Shown here: positions 27,637-31,973 of the stretch, in pieces
How positions within the stretch are numbered: the first letter of the stretch is position 1
Layout: the number at the start of each line of letters is the position of its first letter
The notes under the pieces: generated by a model
What the model saw: only the letters and a program-made list of their open reading frames with translations
Database searches by the model: none
Told to the model about the DNA's origin: nothing
Position numbers and translations under genes: made by a program
IMG/VR virus record: IMGVR_UViG_3300010376_000096
Span: 1-31,973 of that record
DNA length: 31,973 nt
Direction: 5' to 3' (one strand)
Source: a virus
Taxonomy: Duplodnaviria > Caudoviricetes

Positions 27637-27673
27637 AATGGGGCGAAATAGCCACGCTATACCGCCCCATTTC
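27635..27673. terminator. Palindromic element copy 2; probable bidirectional terminator at the convergent junction
   Basis: Perfect 11-bp stem GAAATGGGGCG/CGCCCCATTTC plus inner ATAG/CTAT; spans the stops of both convergent genes; only 3 U's on either side. Confidence 0.6.
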
Positions 27674-28889
27674 CTCCCAACCTCGGGGCCAGCTCGAGCC
27701 CTGGACGACCTTCCCTCTGGGTGATCTTCAGGAGGCCCCCTCGAACCGCAGCGCGGATCGCTTCCTCGAATTGCCTCATCGGCATTATTTTCACGCAGTG
27801 AGTCCAGAGGTCGTCTGAGGTATGCCACCCACTCGCACGGATGATGGCGACTATCTCTGCAATGTGCTTCGCTTCATCCACTACTCCGATGCTTTCGAAT
27901 ACCTTCATCATGTCGGGTTCGATGGAGGTGATGAGGGCCTCGGCTTCCATTAGATCCTGACGCTCGATTAAGAGCTTGTCCCGCTGCGCCGCGGCGATGA
28001 TGATTGCGAGCTTATGGATATGGGTTTGTTTTCGGGCCAAATATCCTGAGTATCTATCACTCTCCATGTGAAGTGGTCGTCCTCCGTCATACAAGTCATT
28101 ATACCAAGTACGCCCCCACCTCCGAGCATCCTCGACCAGTTCGTAAGGTCCTGCAAGGTGGGAGATTGCTGTAAGATCAGCGATAAGAGCGAGTCGCATA
28201 GCCTCGTGTCGAGCATCGGGCATGACTTCATCGGGATAGGGAATAAGGACACGTTTCTTATCTCCATAGACGAAGACAACGCGGGAGGTGAGACCTCCAC
28301 CGATCATATAGTCGGGAAAGTTTGCCTTCATCCATGCGGGAGTCGTGGCCCCTATCACGTTCAGCCAGGGGTTGAGGACCTCGATCTCCCCCCTCGACTG
28401 GGTTCGATGAAGGAACTTGTCCTCTTGCCCTTCCCATACGCGTATCAAAAAGGATACGAACTTGTCGTCTTTCATCGTTAGAAATGTCCCAAGTTCTCCA
28501 ACCGAAACGGTCACGGCCGACATGGGAGAAACAAGCTCTTCCCCCGTTTGTGATGAGTATTTTACATAAACCGTAGATTCCGCTAGAGAGTTGGCGAGGG
28601 CCTGCCAAGTCAGACTTTCCGGACCAAAGCGTATATCCGGGACGGCGGATAGTAATTTCAGCCCGATTGAGATCGATGTGGATTTCGTAGCTATGCCAGG
28701 AGGCCCCACGAGGATTATGTAGAAGTTCGGGGTCCACTGGAACTTCCTCATGTTGATCCATACGCGCCTCCTCAGAGCACCGGCTATGGTGCTCACGCCG
28801 GTCCAGAAGTGGAAAGCGAAGGGACTCTCGGTGTCACTCGTGTACTCCATATAGGCCTTGAGCCAGTTTGAGAAATAGCGTTGGGCCAT
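27657..28889 (-). CDS. DUF3987/YfjI-like P-loop ATPase (primase-helicase associated)
   Basis: ESP..FHFW, PNFYIILVGPPGIATKSTS Walker A variant, ELGTFL, LNVIGATTP, GGLTSR; downstream of the polymerase. Confidence 0.8.
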   Translation of the reverse strand: MAQRYFSNWLKAYMEYTSDTESPFAFHFWTGVSTIAGALRRRVWINMRKFQWTPNFYIILVGPPGIATKSTSISIGLKLLSAVPDIRFGPESLTWQALANSLAESTVYVKYSSQTGEELVSPMSAVTVSVGELGTFLTMKDDKFVSFLIRVWEGQEDKFLHRTQSRGEIEVLNPWLNVIGATTPAWMKANFPDYMIGGGLTSRVVFVYGDKKRVLIPYPDEVMPDARHEAMRLALIADLTAISHLAGPYELVEDARRWGRTWYNDLYDGGRPLHMESDRYSGYLARKQTHIHKLAIIIAAAQRDKLLIERQDLMEAEALITSIEPDMMKVFESIGVVDEAKHIAEIVAIIRASGWHTSDDLWTHCVKIMPMRQFEEAIRAAVRGGLLKITQREGRPGLELAPRLGGNGAV

Positions 28890-28903
28890 GCCACGCCCTC
28901 ATT

Positions 28904-29734
28904 TCATTTCACTTCCTCACAATCTCCCCAAGAGATGGATGATGCAGAGATCTTCCAGGGGATATGAAGGGGGGTGGGATAGGGAACGGGGATGTCGAGT
29001 GCCCTTCTAATCACGTCGAGAGTCCTTGGATCGAAGCGGTGGGAGGGGATTTGGAAGACGAGGGAGTCGTGAACTTGTAAGAGCATCTCGACCCAGGGGC
29101 AGGTCTGCTCGAGGTTGAGGGCGCCGCGGAAACACACCTCAGCCACTGTCCCCTGAGGGATCCAGGCGAGAGCTTGGGTGAATAGAGAGTCGAGGCGGTC
29201 GAAGTAGATGATGCGGTAGCCGAATTTGTTGGATACGGAGCGTTTCGCTTTCAGGTCTGCTTGGACCCGGTGGTGCCAGTCCCTGATGCCGGGGTGTTTA
29301 CGAAACCAGTTAAGCTGGAAACGTTCAGCCATTGCAACTCGCCAGCCAAAGGTGACGGCGAGGGTGCGCGCCGCGGCGCCGTAGTTTGTTCCATGAACCC
29401 CCGACTTGAGCTGCTGTCGGATGGTGTGGCGTCTGGGATGCTTAAGTGGCAGCCCAGAAAACTCCGGGCCAAAAAGCTCATTCGCGTTCTCCGTGTGGAG
29501 GTCATAACCGCTCAGGATCTGATCGATCAGAAGTTGATCGTTACTCTCAGCAGCCACAACGAGGGCGTCGGCGCCGGTTAGATCGGCGTCGATCATCACA
29601 TAGCCAGGATCGGGAATGAAGAGCTTCCTAACATTCGGAAGGACGATTCTTTGCGACGAGTCGGAGCTGGGCGATATTTCCGAGGAAGGTGTTGCCGTCG
29701 GGCCCTCGTCCTTCTGGGACTGTGAAATATGCAT
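28904..29734 (-). CDS. polA: DNA polymerase A, C-terminal catalytic subunit (motifs A, B, C)
   Basis: NVRKLFIPDPGY, DADLTGAD (A), DLHTENA, RQQLKSGVHGTNYG (B), QVHDSLVF (C). Start ATG 29734 has a GAAGGA SD; 29752 is an alternative. Confidence 0.88.
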   Translation of the reverse strand: MHISQSQKDEGPTATPSSEISPSSDSSQRIVLPNVRKLFIPDPGYVMIDADLTGADALVVAAESNDQLLIDQILSGYDLHTENANELFGPEFSGLPLKHPRRHTIRQQLKSGVHGTNYGAAARTLAVTFGWRVAMAERFQLNWFRKHPGIRDWHHRVQADLKAKRSVSNKFGYRIIYFDRLDSLFTQALAWIPQGTVAEVCFRGALNLEQTCPWVEMLLQVHDSLVFQIPSHRFDPRTLDVIRRALDIPVPYPTPLHIPWKISASSISWGDCEEVK

Positions 29735-29870
29735 AGGGCATTCCTTCATCATCGAGAAGAACGACGTGGACGTGGTTGCAGCTACTGCAGAGGAAGGCTT
29801 TAACGGAGTGGGCTCTAACGAGGCCGTCGAGGGCTCTGACTTGTTTGGGGGAGAGAGGAAGGTTGATCAT
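29628..29870 (-). CDS. Small hypothetical protein with CxxC-x-H motif
   Basis: AAAGGA SD; CSSCNHVHVVL; overlaps the 5' end of the polA C-terminal gene in another frame. Confidence 0.55.
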   Translation of the reverse strand: MINLPLSPKQVRALDGLVRAHSVKAFLCSSCNHVHVVLLDDEGMPYAYFTVPEGRGPDGNTFLGNIAQLRLVAKNRPSEC

Positions 29871-29882
29871 GCCGAGATCCTT

Positions 29883-30242
29883 TCACAGACGGTAGGGGAG
29901 GAAGATGAGAGTGGCGATGGGCACACCATGCTCGATATAGCGGGCGTCGTCATTCCCATTGTGGAGGAGGACAATTAGCTCGTGATTAGAATTAATAAGA
30001 TGAGGGCTATCAGCGACGAATACACCACTACTCGCCAGGGACTCCCGAGACAGAACCAAACCAACCCGTCCAGGATCAAGAGTGATATGAATCCCAGATC
30101 GGATAGGAATTGTCGAATGGGGCGAGAGGAGCTTTTTGATTTCATGGTTGCTCTCCGAAAGGCAGAAGGAGAAGATGATGTAGGAGTAGAGCCCCTCCGG
30201 CGCTGGCAGGCAGGCTCGAGGGTGGGCACGATCGACTCTCAT
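29883..30242 (-). CDS. Degenerate trimeric dUTPase-like protein
   Basis: ATGA overlap with the polA-N stop; IRSGIHI, GLVLSRESLA, GVFVADSPHLI, LIVLLHN, IATLIF echo dUTPase motifs 2-4; motifs 1 and 5 not recognisable. Confidence 0.7.
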   Translation of the reverse strand: MRVDRAHPRACLPAPEGLYSYIIFSFCLSESNHEIKKLLSPHSTIPIRSGIHITLDPGRVGLVLSRESLASSGVFVADSPHLINSNHELIVLLHNGNDDARYIEHGVPIATLIFLPYRL

Positions 30243-31972
30243 TCTTCCTCTCCCTTTGGAACATTTTGAAGATTTGTGCCTCGTCCGAAGGCGTTCGAGG
30301 AACTCGACCACCGAAAGGTTTCAGTTCCACTCGTGTTGAACGAGCAGCGCATCCGCCCATCGGGGTCGAGTTCCGCTCCAATGAAAGTTGAGGAGAAGAC
30401 GCCGATACTCCGGGCTTGTTCGAGGAGGTCGAAGATCCTGGAAAACTCGGGGTTTTTCCTCTTCAGAACCTTCATGGCTTTGTCGTCTACGGTAGGTCGG
30501 CCCGTCTTCCGATGGCGCTGCCCCTCCATCCCGAGGATTTCGTAGAAGAGTGTGCGTTGCTGGATGGGCGAGGTCCACCAGGGGGCGCCGGGCTTGACGA
30601 TGTCGCGGGGGATGATGTAGTGGAGGCGGTTGTGAATGGTGCCGAGCGCCGCGGCGAGTTCGAAGCCGACCTGGGATCTTCGTTGTTTGTCAATATTGAT
30701 CCCTCGATTCATCATACGAAGGGCCAGCGCCATCTTCTGCTTCTCCCACTCCCAAAGTTCTCTCATTCCCATTCGCTCAACCAGCGCACGGAGTGCGGTG
30801 GCGCATTCGTAGGTCCGCAGGCAGTCGACTCCGTTATATTCGAGGTGGGTTCGCTCGTCGGCTTTGAGGTCCCAGTCTTTATTGTCATCTTTCCAATACC
30901 AATGGTAGCGACAGTAGAGAGATGATAGGTAGTCCAATCCCTTCGGCGTCCCCGGAAACAGAAGGTGATGTGCCGACATCGTATCGAAGTCCAACTTGGG
31001 ACTAACACCGAGCCAGTGCTGGATGTATTGGGTGTCGTAGAGGTAGTTCTGACCTTCGACCAGGATATTTGGATGCTGAAGGAGTCGCTGCATGAGACGG
31101 AGAAGGATCGCTTCTTGGTCGGGAGGCCAGAAGGATTCGAACCGGCGTTGAGGGAGGAGTCGGACGAAGGGGATGACGAGAGCAAGGGCGGAGGGGGTTG
31201 AGAACCCTCCGTCGGCGAAGCCGATGCAGGTGATGAGCCTACGGGATGTTTCGATGTCATTTGCGATCCTGATTCTCTCAGTCTTCGCTCTCTGGAGCCA
31301 GTTTTCGAGGATATAGGTTGCTTGATGGAACTCCGGGGGAGCAAGGATAGTCGGAGAGGCGAGAGGCCGCCAATCGTTAGCGAGTGCTGCCTTCACGCGG
31401 ACTCTGAGGTCGTGGAGTGTGGGGGCTCTGAGGTACCATTGTTGAAGAATTGCGGCGGGATGGAAGATCGGGAGGAGTGGGATTTTCGGCACGGGTATCG
31501 AGGAGGAGGGGTAGAGCATGGAGCCGCGCCATGACGAGATCCCTGCAGGCACACGAACGGTTGCACCATCTCCCGTTGATTCCGACGAAACGGAGGCGCA
31601 TTCCGTTAAGGCCCATAGAGCGTAATTCCCACAGACAATCACAAGTCTTGGACGTATTTCGCTTATCTGACGATATAAGCGATCTAACTCGGCCATGACT
31701 AATGGTGTGGGGTGAAGACCCCTCAAGCTCGGCTGAGATTTTGAGTAGGTGTTGAAGAAGCGCCATGTGTCGTTTCCTTTTGGTTTTTGAGCGATGACGT
31801 TGGTGCAGAAGATTTGACGGCGCTCGAGGCCCGCTTCCATCAGTATTCGATCGAGTTCTTTTCCAGAAGGGCCTTGGAAGGGACGGGAGAGCATCTCCTC
31901 CTCCGCCCCCCAAGACTCACCTACCAGGACAATCTCGGCATTCCTCGGACCGGAGGTTCCGTACCAGAGATC
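30239..31972 (-). CDS. polA: DNA polymerase A, N-terminal subunit: UDG-like domain, 3'-5' exonuclease and thumb (5'-truncated by window)
   Basis: Frame is open to the window edge (..AEIVLVGESWGAEEEMLSRPFQGPSG); UDG-like GESWG/PF.G.SG/TNV/FHPAA; ExoI DIET, ExoII QNYLYD, ExoIII YNGVD; ends TETFRWSSS...NLQNVPKGEEE. Confidence 0.88.
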   Translation of the reverse strand, partial: DLWYGTSGPRNAEIVLVGESWGAEEEMLSRPFQGPSGKELDRILMEAGLERRQIFCTNVIAQKPKGNDTWRFFNTYSKSQPSLRGLHPTPLVMAELDRLYRQISEIRPRLVIVCGNYALWALTECASVSSESTGDGATVRVPAGISSWRGSMLYPSSSIPVPKIPLLPIFHPAAILQQWYLRAPTLHDLRVRVKAALANDWRPLASPTILAPPEFHQATYILENWLQRAKTERIRIANDIETSRRLITCIGFADGGFSTPSALALVIPFVRLLPQRRFESFWPPDQEAILLRLMQRLLQHPNILVEGQNYLYDTQYIQHWLGVSPKLDFDTMSAHHLLFPGTPKGLDYLSSLYCRYHWYWKDDNKDWDLKADERTHLEYNGVDCLRTYECATALRALVERMGMRELWEWEKQKMALALRMMNRGINIDKQRRSQVGFELAAALGTIHNRLHYIIPRDIVKPGAPWWTSPIQQRTLFYEILGMEGQRHRKTGRPTVDDKAMKVLKRKNPEFSRIFDLLEQARSIGVFSSTFIGAELDPDGRMRCSFNTSGTETFRWSSSSNAFGRGTNLQNVPKGEEE

Positions 31973-31973
31973 A

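Noticed and set aside
5030-28435. KOPS-like GGGNAGGG octamers (+ strand at 5030, 9420, 9750, 14842, 18316, 18525, 21704, 27484; - strand at 14609, 18862, 28428)
   Set aside because: Non-exhaustive manual scan; present on both strands and plausible by chance in G-rich DNA, so no claim of polarisation.
30116-30130. Partial third copy of the palindromic element (AATGGGGCGA)
   Set aside because: Only about 10 nt match, inside a CDS, with no complementary arm.
29648-30238. Group I intron or intein in polA
   Set aside because: No homing endonuclease or intein motifs, and no intron core recognisable by eye; the gap is filled with ORFs that have their own translation signals. Needs a covariance-model scan to exclude fully.
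1501-31830. Frequent TCGA/CTCGAG sites
   Set aside because: Explained by common CTC/ATC-GAG/GAC codon pairs; no periodicity seen.
1-31973. CRISPR array, tRNA, integrase, reverse transcriptase/DGR, stop-codon reassignment
   Set aside because: No regularly spaced repeats, cloverleafs or relevant motifs seen; genes are full length under the standard code.

Overview
The whole window is part of a tailed dsDNA phage genome with podovirus-like gene order (P22/SU10-type head and tail). The host is probably an alphaproteobacterium, inferred from the FtsK-gamma-like sequences. The + strand (about 163-27636) carries the morphogenesis operon: small and large terminase, portal, scaffold, major capsid, decoration/fibre proteins, an SGNH esterase, adaptor, collar-domain fibre, an amidase/DPBB endolysin plus a membrane protein, nozzle, GNAT-like protein, five low-complexity ejection-type proteins and a 2205-aa polyvalent protein. 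The - strand (27657-end) carries a convergent replication module: a DUF3987-like P-loop ATPase and a family A DNA polymerase split into two genes around a degenerate dUTPase and a small CxxC ORF; its UDG-like N-terminus runs off the window. Main oddities: (1) three genes in the structural operon encode Sec-type signal peptides and even numbers of Cys, one being an apparent exported paralog of a Cys-free cytoplasmic neighbour; (2) tandem FtsK-gamma-like domains in the giant ejection protein; (3) a 32-bp palindromic element repeated at 7837 and 27639, bracketing the tail module; (4) the split PolA has non-canonical motifs A/B/C, including His at the 762-equivalent position. All calls come from motifs recognised by eye and synteny; no database searches were run.
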